64,000 bases of DNA from an uncultured delta proteobacterium (GCA_963728565.1 CAVSLC010000005.1:224001-288000), one strand, 5' to 3'. Numbered from the stretch's first letter, positions 9,113 through 19,788 are shown. Numbers and translations: made by a program. The notes: generated from the letters alone by a model not told the origin.

Positions 9113-10102
9113 CTATTTGAGCTCCTTCTGTGCTTCACGGAGAAAAGAGAAATCGACCAGGGAAGGCGCACTTACGGTTACGGTATCTTTTTTCCCGGTA
9201 TCCTGCATCATCGCTAAAATCTGGCGCATTTTTTCGGCGCTGATCTCGCCGTCCGGGGTCAAAATATCCAGTCCATTGGCATACGATTTGGCCGCGATGT
9301 TCTTCGGAATTTCGAAATGGGCCGCGAGGAATTCAATAGCCGACGCTTTGTTGCGGCGAAAGTCATAGAGCGATTGTAGGCTCGCGCGCACGATGCGCCT
9401 CAATTGATCCGGGCTCGATTTAATCCTTTGCGCGCTGGTGACGATGCCGTTCGAAGAGCTGGCGTCAGGCACGGAGTCGCCAAGAAAGGTAAGCATGGTC
9501 AGCCCTTTCTCGGCGCCGATTACGTTGAACGGTGGCGCCAGTACCGCGGCGTCCAGGACGCCGCCCAAGATACTCTGCAGAGCCGTGGGCGAGAATTGAC
9601 CTGAGACGTAGGCAACATCGCGATCCGGATCGATCCCCTGGCGGCGCAGAAAGCGTTTGAGAATGATTTGCGGGGTGTCACCCGGAAAGCTGATGCCGAT
9701 TTTCTTTCCGGTAAGCTGACGGACATCCTTGATTTGCGGCCGCGCCGCCAGCCAAAACGGTGTCTTATGATCGAGGGCAAAAATAAGTTTGAGTGGGAAA
9801 CCCTGGGCGGCGGCGCGCAGCGCAGCGCCGCCGTGCACGATGTAATCGACATCACCCGTACCCAATGCGGCAATCGCCAGATCCGTGCGCAGGGTCATAA
9901 ATTCCAACTCAAATCCCTCGTCGGCAAAAATCCCGTGATGGACACCGAAGTAAAGCGGTGCGTACATCATCGCGATCACCGGTTGAGCCATGCGAATCTT
10001 CGTCGCCGCGGCGCACGGCCATGCCGCCATCAACAAACCGATGACGAAGGCTTTTGGAACATTTCGTTTGAAAGTGTCTCGAATGCCGCTGCAAGATTTC
10101 AT
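9113..10102 (-). CDS. ABC-type solute-binding protein (NMT1/THI5/SsuA-like)
   Basis: Signal peptide; GIFADEGFELE, LTGKKIGIS, GVLDAAVLAPP, VDFSFLREA; 4-bp overlap with the MMPL gene. Confidence 0.85.
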   Translation of the reverse strand: MKSCSGIRDTFKRNVPKAFVIGLLMAAWPCAAATKIRMAQPVIAMMYAPLYFGVHHGIFADEGFELEFMTLRTDLAIAALGTGDVDYIVHGGAALRAAAQGFPLKLIFALDHKTPFWLAARPQIKDVRQLTGKKIGISFPGDTPQIILKRFLRRQGIDPDRDVAYVSGQFSPTALQSILGGVLDAAVLAPPFNVIGAEKGLTMLTFLGDSVPDASSSNGIVTSAQRIKSSPDQLRRIVRASLQSLYDFRRNKASAIEFLAAHFEIPKNIAAKSYANGLDILTPDGEISAEKMRQILAMMQDTGKKDTVTVSAPSLVDFSFLREAQKELK

Positions 10103-12420
10103 GGTTGTTCATCTCTCGCGATGAATTTGGGCTTTAATAGCGCGATCAGCGCCGGCAACAGCAGCAAGCCACCCAGCATGTTCATTGTCAGTATGATCAG
10201 GAGCTGAGTGCCCATCTCAGATTGGAAGCGCAATGGCGAGAAAGCCCAGAAGGCGATGCTTGCCGAGATCAGGAACGCGGTGTACAGAACCGCTTTGCCG
10301 GCGGTCGCCACTCCATCGACGAGCGCCTGCTTTAAATCGCTTCGATTCTGACGCCGGTACTCTTCGATCATCCGCGAAACGATATAAATGCCATAGTCCT
10401 CGCCGAAGCCGACGCCCAGACTGATTACCGGCAGTGTATTGACGTTAAGTCCGACATTCCAGTACGCCATCAGCGCCATGCCGAAGGTATTTGACATCAG
10501 AACGACGCCAACAAACAATATGCCGGCGGTGAGGGAACGAAAGCCGACGGCGCAAAAAATCAATTGCGCAAGCAGCATCAATCCCAAGGTGAGCTTGTCC
10601 GAGCGGGCAATGACTTCATTGGCCGCGGCAAGCACGCCGGCATAGCCGCTGGCGAGCTTGAACTGAGCGGCTTCCATCGGGTTCCGGTCGATAAACTCCG
10701 TCGCCCGATCAATGACTTCACGCAACGTGTCGCCCTTATGATCGTAGAGAAAAAAGGTCACGCGGCCGTGCTGGAAATTGTAATTGACCCATCGATCAAA
10801 ATCGCCGGGCTCGCTGCCATGCTCGGCGACCATCAAGATTCCGCCGACTTCGTCGCCGGTGCGGGGCAAAAGGCTCCAACGCGGATCATTGTAGTGTAAA
10901 ACCGTATTGATCTGACGAGTGAGATCAACCAACGAGTCGCTGGAGCCGACATGGGGTGAGCGCAACATGTGACGCTGAAAAGCTTCGATCTTTTCCAGCA
11001 CTGGCGGCGCCTTCATCGTGCTCTCGGTTTGTCCCTCGACGATGACGTAAAGATGATCAGTTCCCTGGAATTTGTCGTTGATCTGTTTGACGCTCTGGTT
11101 GTAGTCAGAGTCGGGCCAGAGCAGCGGCGAGCCCGGTCGCGAGTCGCCGACTGTGAGAAATTGGTACCAATAGAGGCTCCAACCGATCACCAGGGCAAAT
11201 CCGGCGATGACCACGACGCGGCCCATCGGACCAACGCAGAAACCAGCTATACGGCGGAGCGGCGCTTCGAGCCAATGACCCTCACCGCCTTTTGGTGCCT
11301 GTCGCGGGGTGGGAAAGTAGCAGCAGAGGATCGGGTCGAGGATCACCACGGTTACCAGATTGCTGAGGACCCAGAAGCTTCCCGCGACCGCCAGCTTGGT
11401 GAGTATCGGCATTGGCGCGACCAGGAGAACGGTCAAGCCGATGGCATCCGTCAAGATTGAAACACTACCGGGCATGATCAAGCCGGCCGCCGACTCGACG
11501 GCGGCTTTCTCTTTATCGCCGCAGCGTTCGAGCTCTTCGAAAAAGCGTTCGCGAAATTGGATGGAATGACTGATTGTCCGAGCGGCGATCAAAAACGGTA
11601 CGACCAGAATCAGCGGCTCGAAGTTATATCCCATAAGAGCGCTAAAGCCGGTTCCCCAAATGAAAGTTATGCCGGCAGACAGCAGCGGAATCATGACCCC
11701 GTTTAGATTCCGGTAATAGAGAATCAGAATCGCCAAGATGCTTAAACATGTGAACGCGACGATCAGCGTGATGGAGCTAAGATGATGATAAATCCAGCCG
11801 TAGAGAATCGGTTCGCCGGCGGCGAAAACACGGGTATTGGCATCTTCCGCTTGCTTGATTGCTTGTTGAATGCGGTCGAACAACCCGGCATAGTCGAGCC
11901 GTTCTTCGTGAAATGCCGCAGTGATGAGCGCCGCCTTGCCGTCCTCGGAAACGAGCCGCCCGACAATCGTCGGATTGGCGTAAACGATATCGCGCAGCCG
12001 CTCCATTTCGTCGCTATTTTGCGGGACGTTCGGCCACATCACGGGTTGTACTTCGATGCCCCACGCGGTGGCGCGCACGTCTTTAACCTTCTGTCGAGCG
12101 ATGGAAAATATCTGGTAATTGTTCGCGCCCGGAGTTTGCTCGATCATCTCGGTGAGTTTTTTAATTTTCTCCAAAGCCGGAATGTTGAAGATATCTCCCT
12201 CGGAGACCTCTAGGGACAGGAGCACGACGTTGGCGCCGCCGAAGGTCTTCCAAAATCGGTCATGGACACGAATGTAGGGATGATCGACCGGCAAAAGATC
12301 CGAAAAGGCGGTGTACATTTCGATTTTGACTGAAAGGTAGGCAAACCACATGGTGGCGGCGACGATGACGCCTAAAATGATTGCGCGCTTATTTACAATG
12401 AAGATGGCGAGGCGTCTCAT
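10099..12420 (-). CDS. RND superfamily transporter, MMPL-type
   Basis: 773 aa with two repeats of one TM + periplasmic loop + five TM; GVGFGEDYGIY, TAGKAVLYTA. Confidence 0.9.
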   Translation of the reverse strand: MRRLAIFIVNKRAIILGVIVAATMWFAYLSVKIEMYTAFSDLLPVDHPYIRVHDRFWKTFGGANVVLLSLEVSEGDIFNIPALEKIKKLTEMIEQTPGANNYQIFSIARQKVKDVRATAWGIEVQPVMWPNVPQNSDEMERLRDIVYANPTIVGRLVSEDGKAALITAAFHEERLDYAGLFDRIQQAIKQAEDANTRVFAAGEPILYGWIYHHLSSITLIVAFTCLSILAILILYYRNLNGVMIPLLSAGITFIWGTGFSALMGYNFEPLILVVPFLIAARTISHSIQFRERFFEELERCGDKEKAAVESAAGLIMPGSVSILTDAIGLTVLLVAPMPILTKLAVAGSFWVLSNLVTVVILDPILCCYFPTPRQAPKGGEGHWLEAPLRRIAGFCVGPMGRVVVIAGFALVIGWSLYWYQFLTVGDSRPGSPLLWPDSDYNQSVKQINDKFQGTDHLYVIVEGQTESTMKAPPVLEKIEAFQRHMLRSPHVGSSDSLVDLTRQINTVLHYNDPRWSLLPRTGDEVGGILMVAEHGSEPGDFDRWVNYNFQHGRVTFFLYDHKGDTLREVIDRATEFIDRNPMEAAQFKLASGYAGVLAAANEVIARSDKLTLGLMLLAQLIFCAVGFRSLTAGILFVGVVLMSNTFGMALMAYWNVGLNVNTLPVISLGVGFGEDYGIYIVSRMIEEYRRQNRSDLKQALVDGVATAGKAVLYTAFLISASIAFWAFSPLRFQSEMGTQLLIILTMNMLGGLLLLPALIALLKPKFIARDEQP

Positions 12421-13448
12421 CGGGCGCTTTGTCGGTTTTCCGGCGTTCGGGTGATGATCTTGAGCCGTTGCCAGCTCTTGCCGCCGTCTTCGGTTCTCAG
12501 CACGAGCCCACGATTGCCAACCACCAGACCGAAGCCGTCTTTGCCGAAGGCAATGGCGTTCAAGCTAAGACGTGGGATCTGCAGTTCGGCCTGGCGCCAG
12601 TTTGCGTTGTCAACATCCGATTGGAGCAGCGTGCCTCTTTCGCCAACCGCCCAGATGCGCCCGTTGAATTCGTCTGCGGCGAAGAGATGGTGAGTCGCTT
12701 TTACGCCATGGGATTCTTCACGCTGCCGAACGATGTCCCAGCGGGATCCGGCCTTGGTATTGAGCACGAGTCCGTCGAGGCCGAAGGCGTACCCGTTGCC
12801 TGGTGCCGTGAATAGCAGCGCGAATAAATTCTGGCTCGCGCCGCTGTCAAACGAAACTTCGACCGGGCTTTTTTGCTTCACCCAGCTCTTACCGCCGTCC
12901 GAACTCTGAAAAATCACGCCAAATTCACCGGCGAGCCATCCCCGCGAAGCGCTGGCGAAGGTGACTGCGTTGAAAGTGAAATCGCCGGGAACTACATTCT
13001 TGCTCCATGAGCGACCACCATCGCTGGTTCGGATAGTCATGCCCCGGCTGCCGGCCAGCCAACCGTGGCTCTCATCCAGCCAATGCGAAGCAAACAAATG
13101 TTCTGCAATGTTCAGCGGCTGAGGCCGCCAACTCTTGCCGCCGTCGCGGGTCCGCAAAACCGTGCCGGAACTGCCGGTGATCCATCCATTTAACGCGCTG
13201 ACGAAACGCACAGTAAATAGAGCTTGGCGCGTCGGGCTTGCTTGGATCTCCCAAGTTTCACCACGATTCGCCGAGTGCAGGATTGTCCCGTAATAGCCGA
13301 CAATCCACGAGAGATTGTCTGAGACGTGAACTCCGTAGAAATTCTCTTGGAGCGCGGGTTCTTTCGAGAGAGTGGCCGCCTGAACAGGAAGAATTGCCGG
13401 AGCTAATCCCAGGATCATCCATATGAGAAAAGCAAAGATGAAACGCAT
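12417..13448 (-). CDS. YCF48-like / BNR-repeat beta-propeller protein
   Basis: Signal peptide and repeated G.+L.T.DGG.SW Asp-box motifs. Confidence 0.88.
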   Translation of the reverse strand: MRFIFAFLIWMILGLAPAILPVQAATLSKEPALQENFYGVHVSDNLSWIVGYYGTILHSANRGETWEIQASPTRQALFTVRFVSALNGWITGSSGTVLRTRDGGKSWRPQPLNIAEHLFASHWLDESHGWLAGSRGMTIRTSDGGRSWSKNVVPGDFTFNAVTFASASRGWLAGEFGVIFQSSDGGKSWVKQKSPVEVSFDSGASQNLFALLFTAPGNGYAFGLDGLVLNTKAGSRWDIVRQREESHGVKATHHLFAADEFNGRIWAVGERGTLLQSDVDNANWRQAELQIPRLSLNAIAFGKDGFGLVVGNRGLVLRTEDGGKSWQRLKIITRTPENRQSAR

Positions 13449-13507
13449 GGAGCGGATTTAGATTCGGAAGTTGGAAAAAAATTGGGATCCATCAACTCAG
13501 CTCGACA

Positions 13508-14758
13508 TTATTCAATCGATCCTCCGCGCATGATGCTCTGCAAGGTTCCGAGGCTAAACATACTGGCCGGATAACCCTGATTATAAGCGCGGGTGGCGGT
13601 AACGATCGTGGTTCGACCGTTCTGAACATTGTGGATGACCACATCGCCCACCGACCAAACTTCACGCCCATCGGCAAGCTTTATTGGGGTGAAGAAACCA
13701 AACTGCTCTTTCCAATAAGCCCCTTTGCCATCCCACATCAACGTCCAATGAGTATCAAAGGTAACCTTATTGAGATGGAGAAGTTTTCTCGGGTAACAAT
13801 AGTTCGAATCCTTGGGAGTGATCTCCAGCACGTGGGTATCCACAACCTCCCACTTCTCATCCAATGGCAAGTAATCGCCGGGTTTGCGCGCAAACGGGAG
13901 ATGCTCCTGGCTGATGTTCGCCAAGATCTTCTTGTCGCCCAGGTACTTGTAATTGAAATCGGTGATTTTGCCGTTGAAGCTATTAATGTCGTCAAGGTTG
14001 AATTCGCTCGGCGCCAAGGTCTGGCATCTCTGGGTTGTGGTGGCGCGCCGGATCCGGCGAATGCTCGGGAGATAAATGTACAAATCATCGGCTCGGCCGG
14101 GATCTTTATAGCGAATCTCCAGCGTCGTCGTACCCGAGGCGTCGCGCGGATAGCTGTCGACCCGAAGCTGCATGAAGTCTATATGTTCGTAGCCCGGAAT
14201 TACGGGCTTGGGGTTCAAGCTGTAGCGGGTGCTGGGAAAAAGAAAGTAGGAAACCAGATCGGCGCGGCGCTCAGAGCCGTCTTTCTCGATGGCCGCGCGT
14301 AGAATTTTGCCGCCCTTAACGGCTCCGCCGGTTTTGTAATCGTCGCCCAACCAGCGATAGAAAAAATTCCAAGCTAGCTTTTGCCCGATCTGGGGATCGC
14401 TCGGATCAAACTTAGGAAACGGCTGGCCGGCCACATAGTTGAGCAGCTCTCCGTTGGGTCCGAGACCCACCTTGCCCGAATATTTTTCCGTCGCTTCCAC
14501 ATATTCCTTGAGTGGCCGATAGGTCTTAGGCGGCTTGATCTGGATTGTGTAACCACCCTTGATTCGGTTTAGTAAATTTTCGCCCACCATGCTCTCGATG
14601 CGCTGCCAATTTTGTGGACCGATGGTGTCCCCCGGCCTTAAATCAGCTTCGGCGGCGGCAGTGATCGCAGGAAAACATAAAAGCATAACGATGTACAAAA
14701 AAATCGACGCAGCGGGATTACAAGCGACCGAGCCTTGACTCTGGGCTATAACCTTCAT
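13508..14758 (-). CDS. DUF1329 family periplasmic protein (LolA-like fold predicted for the family)
   Basis: PGDTIGPQNW, YVAGQPFP, YLPSIRRIRR, WDGKGAYWK motifs; canonical position after DUF1302. Confidence 0.85.
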   Translation of the reverse strand: MKVIAQSQGSVACNPAASIFLYIVMLLCFPAITAAAEADLRPGDTIGPQNWQRIESMVGENLLNRIKGGYTIQIKPPKTYRPLKEYVEATEKYSGKVGLGPNGELLNYVAGQPFPKFDPSDPQIGQKLAWNFFYRWLGDDYKTGGAVKGGKILRAAIEKDGSERRADLVSYFLFPSTRYSLNPKPVIPGYEHIDFMQLRVDSYPRDASGTTTLEIRYKDPGRADDLYIYLPSIRRIRRATTTQRCQTLAPSEFNLDDINSFNGKITDFNYKYLGDKKILANISQEHLPFARKPGDYLPLDEKWEVVDTHVLEITPKDSNYCYPRKLLHLNKVTFDTHWTLMWDGKGAYWKEQFGFFTPIKLADGREVWSVGDVVIHNVQNGRTTIVTATRAYNQGYPASMFSLGTLQSIMRGGSIE

Positions 14759-14779
14759 TCTAAATCTCCCAATGGTAAG

Positions 14780-16456
14780 CTAAAATTGGTAGCGCATCTT
14801 CAGAAAGACCGAATCTTTTTCGGAGAAAAGTCCCAAACCACCAAATTTATTGTGGCCGCCGTAGATGGCGCTGGTCAGGGTAAGTTGAATCTTCTCGTTC
14901 CAGGGTGGCTGATAAGTAATCGCCGGGTTGGCCGAATAGTATCCGGCCGGATCATAGCCGAGAAAAACATCCGGGAGAATCGTATCGCCTAGATATCCCG
15001 TGCCGATTCTAAAGGTAAATAAGGTCGAAACCCGCTCGATTTTTGTTGCATGGCCGAAAGCGCGAATGCCGTCCTCATGGTTCAAAATTATGCTTTGGAA
15101 AACTTGCAAACTCATACGAAAGGGGCGCCAGGGATCGTCTTGAAGAAACGGAATAAATGTCGACCGGTCAAAGCCCAGAGCATACCGGATGGTATGCTTC
15201 TCGACGACATTGTCCGAATGCTCACAGCTGGGACCGGCTCTCAAACCCGTCGGTGCGCCCGTCGTACAATTTCGCCCGGGGAATTCGCCGATGTTGTAAG
15301 GTTTGTCCGGATAAAAAGCGAGTTCCCCCCTCATCGCAGATTTAATAGGAATACCCAACGGCTCCCCAACTGGATAGTTAAAATGAGCGGCGAAAATATT
15401 GGTCTGATCGTTGACCAGATCAGCCCGCACCAGGGTTCCTCCTGGGGGGCAGGCGGGTGGCCCGCAAGAAATCGGCGCACCTTTCAATTTGAAAACCAAA
15501 TCATTGGCTTGAGGATTGTAACCGCGTATGTAACCGATACCGGCATTTAGCTCACCAAAGCTGTGCGTAATCCGGCCACCGATTTTCCACGCATCGCCGG
15601 CATCGGGATAATCTCTCTTAAAGGCAGGCACCACGACGGGTGCTGGTCCAACCGGGTTGGCAAAAAGACGAGCAACCGGCATGCGGGATTCGGGGTGCGC
15701 GGACCATCGTCCGTATCTTAGATCGCCGTCGGCTTTGCCGTCGCTGATATCGTTGGTCGGTGCAAACTCATCGACTCGGTCCTTCTTATTCTCGAAACCG
15801 GGATTGCCAAAAAGTTCTAGAATTGTGTTGCTGACCGGGCGTACCGTATACAGCATTCGGATTCCCCACTGGGGCACTCGGGTTTCTTCCAAACTAAAAA
15901 GATTGACAGCAGCGGGTGGGGAAAACGTTAGGTTTTGGGGATTGATGACGTCCAAAAGCCTCTGTCCGTCCGTTTCTCCCCATGAGATGAACTGCCGGCC
16001 GACTCTTAGATGCAATCCATCGGCGGGTAGAATGTCTGCCACTGCCTCCCACGGCACGCCTTTGTACTCAGAATAGAAATCCGCAGGCAATGCTCGGCCG
16101 GTTCCCGCTGGTTGCACAGTAGCCTCCCGGCTTTTGGTTTCGGCGCTGTAACGGGGCTCGGCAACGAATCTCCAGGAAAGGAAAAGTTTGAAACTTTCCG
16201 TGAATTCAAAATTAAACTCCGGTTGAATGGTAAACCGGTTCATGATGAAGCGATTCGACGTATCGAAAAAACGGCTCCCACGGCTTATGGAGAACCCGGT
16301 TGTATTCTCGACGAACCCGCCGAACGAGACCTTTTCTTCGAAAAACTTTTCCCAGTCATTGCTAAGTACGGACTGACCGGCTGCGGATCCGCCGAAAACA
16401 ACGCTCATAAGAATCGCCATAGCCAGCGAGAAGAGTCTTCGTTGCGTCAATTCCAT
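14780..16456 (-). CDS. DUF1302 family outer-membrane beta-barrel protein
   Basis: Signal peptide; LRVGRQFISWGETDGQRLLDVINP; C-terminal beta-signal FLKMRYQF. Confidence 0.82.
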   Translation of the reverse strand: MELTQRRLFSLAMAILMSVVFGGSAAGQSVLSNDWEKFFEEKVSFGGFVENTTGFSISRGSRFFDTSNRFIMNRFTIQPEFNFEFTESFKLFLSWRFVAEPRYSAETKSREATVQPAGTGRALPADFYSEYKGVPWEAVADILPADGLHLRVGRQFISWGETDGQRLLDVINPQNLTFSPPAAVNLFSLEETRVPQWGIRMLYTVRPVSNTILELFGNPGFENKKDRVDEFAPTNDISDGKADGDLRYGRWSAHPESRMPVARLFANPVGPAPVVVPAFKRDYPDAGDAWKIGGRITHSFGELNAGIGYIRGYNPQANDLVFKLKGAPISCGPPACPPGGTLVRADLVNDQTNIFAAHFNYPVGEPLGIPIKSAMRGELAFYPDKPYNIGEFPGRNCTTGAPTGLRAGPSCEHSDNVVEKHTIRYALGFDRSTFIPFLQDDPWRPFRMSLQVFQSIILNHEDGIRAFGHATKIERVSTLFTFRIGTGYLGDTILPDVFLGYDPAGYYSANPAITYQPPWNEKIQLTLTSAIYGGHNKFGGLGLFSEKDSVFLKMRYQF

Positions 16457-16555
16457 GATGCGCCTCCGCCTAACTCGGTGATTATGTTTTCACTAATGGT
16501 TCGTGATAATTTCAGAGGTACGATGGGATTATTCATTTATAGTTCGAAAGTTAAT

Positions 16556-18055
16556 ATGTCAAGCAAATCGGTCGCGCTGCTATCGTCAGCCATTCTTCTA
16601 GCCGCGCCGTATCTCGCGCCCAGCTTATTTCCGCTTGCTTGGATCGCCTTCGTGCCGCTTTTTTGGGTTATCGGTAAAGCGGAAACATGGCGCCGGGCGG
16701 TTCTGTATGGCTGGCTGATGGGCACTGTCGCTCACCTGCTCGGATTTCACTGGCTTGTCTACACCATCAATGTGTTCGGCGGTTTTCCCTATCCGATTAG
16801 CAGCCTTGTCTTCCTGCTCTACGCGATTCTACAGGGATTGCAGATGGCAATCTTTGCCTTTCTTGTGCGCCGGCTTGGATTCGGACCCTTACAGGTATTG
16901 CCGGCAGTATTCTGGGTTGCACTCGAATTCTGGTTTCCGCTGCTGTTTCCCTGGTACTTCGCCAACAGCCAGGTTTCGTTTTCGCTGTTCATTCAAACGG
17001 CCGATCTGGTCGGTCCTTATGGGGCAAGCTTTTTATTGATGTGGTTCAGTGCCGCGGCTTATCGGATCATTTACCCCGGCGATGAGGCTCGCCGCTCGCA
17101 CCTACCGGCGCTCGTGTGCTGCGTCGCCATGGTTATATTGTCGCTGATCTATGGCTACCAGCGTTTAGGTGCCGTGGAGGAAGAAATCGCTGCGGCGCGC
17201 AAGTTGCCGGTGGCGGCAGTGCAGGGGAATATCGACATCGACCTGAAGTGGAATCCATCTTTGGTAAAGCAAAATCTTCAGAAGCACAAAGACTTAACCG
17301 GCGAGTTGGACGGCGTGTCTTTAGTGATCTGGCCGGAATCCGCGGTTGAGGTTTGGTTACCCGACCAGTTGCAGTATTTGCCCGACGATTTGATGCCGCC
17401 GCTGCCGGAGCAATCACACTTTATCTTCGGTGCAAAAAGCTTCCGCGGCAAACCCGGTACTGCGAACTTTATGGCGTTCAACACGGCCTTTTTCACCGAT
17501 GCGCCTGGTCGGGTCTTGGGAATATATCACAAGCAGGTCCTGCTCGCGTTTGGCGAGTATCTGCCGTTTGCCAAAGTGCTGAGATTGCTTCCGGCAATGC
17601 CGTTCGCCGACGGTTTTACCGCGGGGAGCGGTCCTGTTGCGTTTGACATGCCGGGCGGCATTCGCATTGGCTCGCTGATCTGCTACGAAGATTTGATGCC
17701 AAACCTGTCCCGCAATTTCGTCAAAGGAACTGGCGCCAACCTGCTGGTGAATCTTACCAACGACGCTTGGTACGGCAAATCGGTTGGACCCTGGCAACAC
17801 GCGCGCCTGGCGCAATCCCGTGCCATCGAAACCCGCCGCAGTTTACTCCGTATCACCAACACCGGAGTGACCTCACTGGTTAACGCTAAAGGAGAACTGG
17901 TTGAATCTTTGCCGATGTTTGTGCCGGACGTACTAAAAGCCGAGGTGGCTATCTTGGACGGACAGACCTACTATGTTCGCTATGGCGACTGGTTCGCGTG
18001 GGCTATGACAATCATCACGTTAGCGATTCTTCTTTTCCATCTGAAGAGAAGATAA
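16556..18055 (+). CDS. lnt: Apolipoprotein N-acyltransferase (start could be 16523)
   Basis: N-terminal TM helices; VQGNID, WPES, YHKQVLLAFGEYLP, ICYED, NLTNDAWYG, RAIETRR. Confidence 0.95.
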   Translation: MSSKSVALLSSAILLAAPYLAPSLFPLAWIAFVPLFWVIGKAETWRRAVLYGWLMGTVAHLLGFHWLVYTINVFGGFPYPISSLVFLLYAILQGLQMAIFAFLVRRLGFGPLQVLPAVFWVALEFWFPLLFPWYFANSQVSFSLFIQTADLVGPYGASFLLMWFSAAAYRIIYPGDEARRSHLPALVCCVAMVILSLIYGYQRLGAVEEEIAAARKLPVAAVQGNIDIDLKWNPSLVKQNLQKHKDLTGELDGVSLVIWPESAVEVWLPDQLQYLPDDLMPPLPEQSHFIFGAKSFRGKPGTANFMAFNTAFFTDAPGRVLGIYHKQVLLAFGEYLPFAKVLRLLPAMPFADGFTAGSGPVAFDMPGGIRIGSLICYEDLMPNLSRNFVKGTGANLLVNLTNDAWYGKSVGPWQHARLAQSRAIETRRSLLRITNTGVTSLVNAKGELVESLPMFVPDVLKAEVAILDGQTYYVRYGDWFAWAMTIITLAILLFHLKRR

Positions 18056-18196
18056 CCGATAAGCCCGGCTGACTGTTTGGTCCTGGCGCCAAGTAAAAAA
18101 CACGCCCTAGAGGGAAAAATCGCTAGACCGAAAAATCGATGGCGCAATAATGTTGTTTCTGAACGCGCCTCCTTTCTATTTTTTTCCGTTCAAAAA

Positions 18197-19516
18197 TTAG
18201 TCGTCGATCGGCAACGGTAGGCCGGGAATTTTCAGCTCCTGGTCCATGCAGGAGATTTTACCGATGTTGGATCCGGCCGGGCTGACTTCGCCGCCCGTAT
18301 TAGGGGAATTGTCCCGCCGATTACCGTCAGACTGAGATGTGCAGAAGACTTTTCCGGTAAGGAATGGACTCGTTGGAAATTCAAGAATGTGGTTGTTGCC
18401 TACCGACTGCTCGCCCGCGTTTCTCAAACCAACTCCGAATGGCGCCGGCTGAGGTAGATTAACGGGATTGCGAAAAACTTCGATGACCCTTCGATCTTTG
18501 GTGACCACGGCCACCGCATTTCGTTCATTCGCAGCCACCCAGACATTTCCCTCCCGGTCGAGCGCGATGCCATCGCCGCCCTCGAGAATCGGATGAGCGA
18601 CCAAGACGTTACTGAGGCACAGAGTATTAGCGGTAAAGGTGGTATCGCACCCGGTCGGACTTTTGAGGTTTCCATCCCGATCGAATTCGATCTTCCAAAG
18701 CGCTCCCCGAGCGGTATCGATATTGAAAAGATCGCCCTTCTTATTGAAGGCTAAACCGTTCGCCACCAGCGGCTGGGAACCAAGGACGCAAGGAGGACCC
18801 GGCGGCGTCGGACAGCCAACGTTGTTAAGAGCGGCATTGCGGCTGGTAGGCGTGACCGTTATCGTCCCTAACGGCAACGCACGGACGTCACGACCGACCC
18901 CACCGACACCATTAACGAGGTTCACCTCATTGGCCATCGGCTGAATCCTAAATACCTCCTGGCAGTTAACCGGCGGTGCGGCAGTGCAGTTTGCGCCGGA
19001 GCCGGTTATTTTCCAAACTCTTCCCTGACCGGTCGTGCCGTCGCTGGCCCAGAGATTCCCTTTATTGTCGAAGGCAAGTCCGTTGGCTCCGGGCGCGCCG
19101 GAGGCAAAAACCGTCGCCGTCGGCGGCGGCGTGCTCGCGTTTGGTTTGAAGGTATAAATGGTTCCCGCGGCTCCGTCGGCAACGAACAGGTCGCCGCTTT
19201 CATTGAAAGCGATACCGGAGAAGCCGCAGTTTCCGGTAGCCGGGTTAACCGACCCCACCTCAGTCAGGATAGGGTTGTTTAGATTGATCTGCCAAATGGG
19301 GCAAGGAGACATGCCGGAGCCGCCTGTATATAAATTGCGGTGGTTGTCGCCGGTCAGCCCCTCAATCGGGCGTGGAGTGGTGATCAGCGTGGTGAAAGTG
19401 GCATTGTTTGGAAACTGTCGGCTGTCGTCATCGTCTTGCCGAGCCGCGAACAAACCTGGGCCGATGACGGCGATAACGAAAATAATGACCATAGAGGTGA
19501 ACCATCGTTTTTTCAT
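18197..19516 (-). CDS. Exported SMP-30/gluconolactonase/NHL-like beta-propeller protein
   Basis: AAGGAGG RBS; signal peptide; repeated (A/G)(N/D)G(L/I)AF(D/N)xxGnLw blades. Confidence 0.75.
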   Translation of the reverse strand: MKKRWFTSMVIIFVIAVIGPGLFAARQDDDDSRQFPNNATFTTLITTPRPIEGLTGDNHRNLYTGGSGMSPCPIWQINLNNPILTEVGSVNPATGNCGFSGIAFNESGDLFVADGAAGTIYTFKPNASTPPPTATVFASGAPGANGLAFDNKGNLWASDGTTGQGRVWKITGSGANCTAAPPVNCQEVFRIQPMANEVNLVNGVGGVGRDVRALPLGTITVTPTSRNAALNNVGCPTPPGPPCVLGSQPLVANGLAFNKKGDLFNIDTARGALWKIEFDRDGNLKSPTGCDTTFTANTLCLSNVLVAHPILEGGDGIALDREGNVWVAANERNAVAVVTKDRRVIEVFRNPVNLPQPAPFGVGLRNAGEQSVGNNHILEFPTSPFLTGKVFCTSQSDGNRRDNSPNTGGEVSPAGSNIGKISCMDQELKIPGLPLPIDD

Positions 19517-19788
19517 AAGACTCCTCCTTGCTGTTTGAATACGCCAATCATTTGTCCCGGCCGTTAAACGAGGTGAGCTATCCCGAAACTGCTGAAACGT
19601 GTCAAGCCTTTTTTAGCGAGGGGCAAATATAGAAAGGACGGTTGGTTTACTGCGATAAAGTCTCACTGGCGGCGAGTATCAGTTCAACTTTACGCTTCGC
19701 CGTTACATCAACGGATTGATGCAAGCCGATGAGGCAGGGTAAATGCTAGTTTGTTGACCAGAGAACTCGTCCCGGCAAACTTCCAACC

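Noticed and set aside
9400-16100. Numerous 60-220 aa antisense and alternate-frame ORFs over long genes (also throughout 29-59 kb)
   Set aside because: Expected shadow ORFs in GC-rich coding DNA; no motifs or RBS support
16112-16555. 647-aa Lnt with a long N-terminal extension
   Set aside because: The extension overlaps the DUF1302 gene on the opposite strand; Lnt-like sequence starts at ~16523-16556
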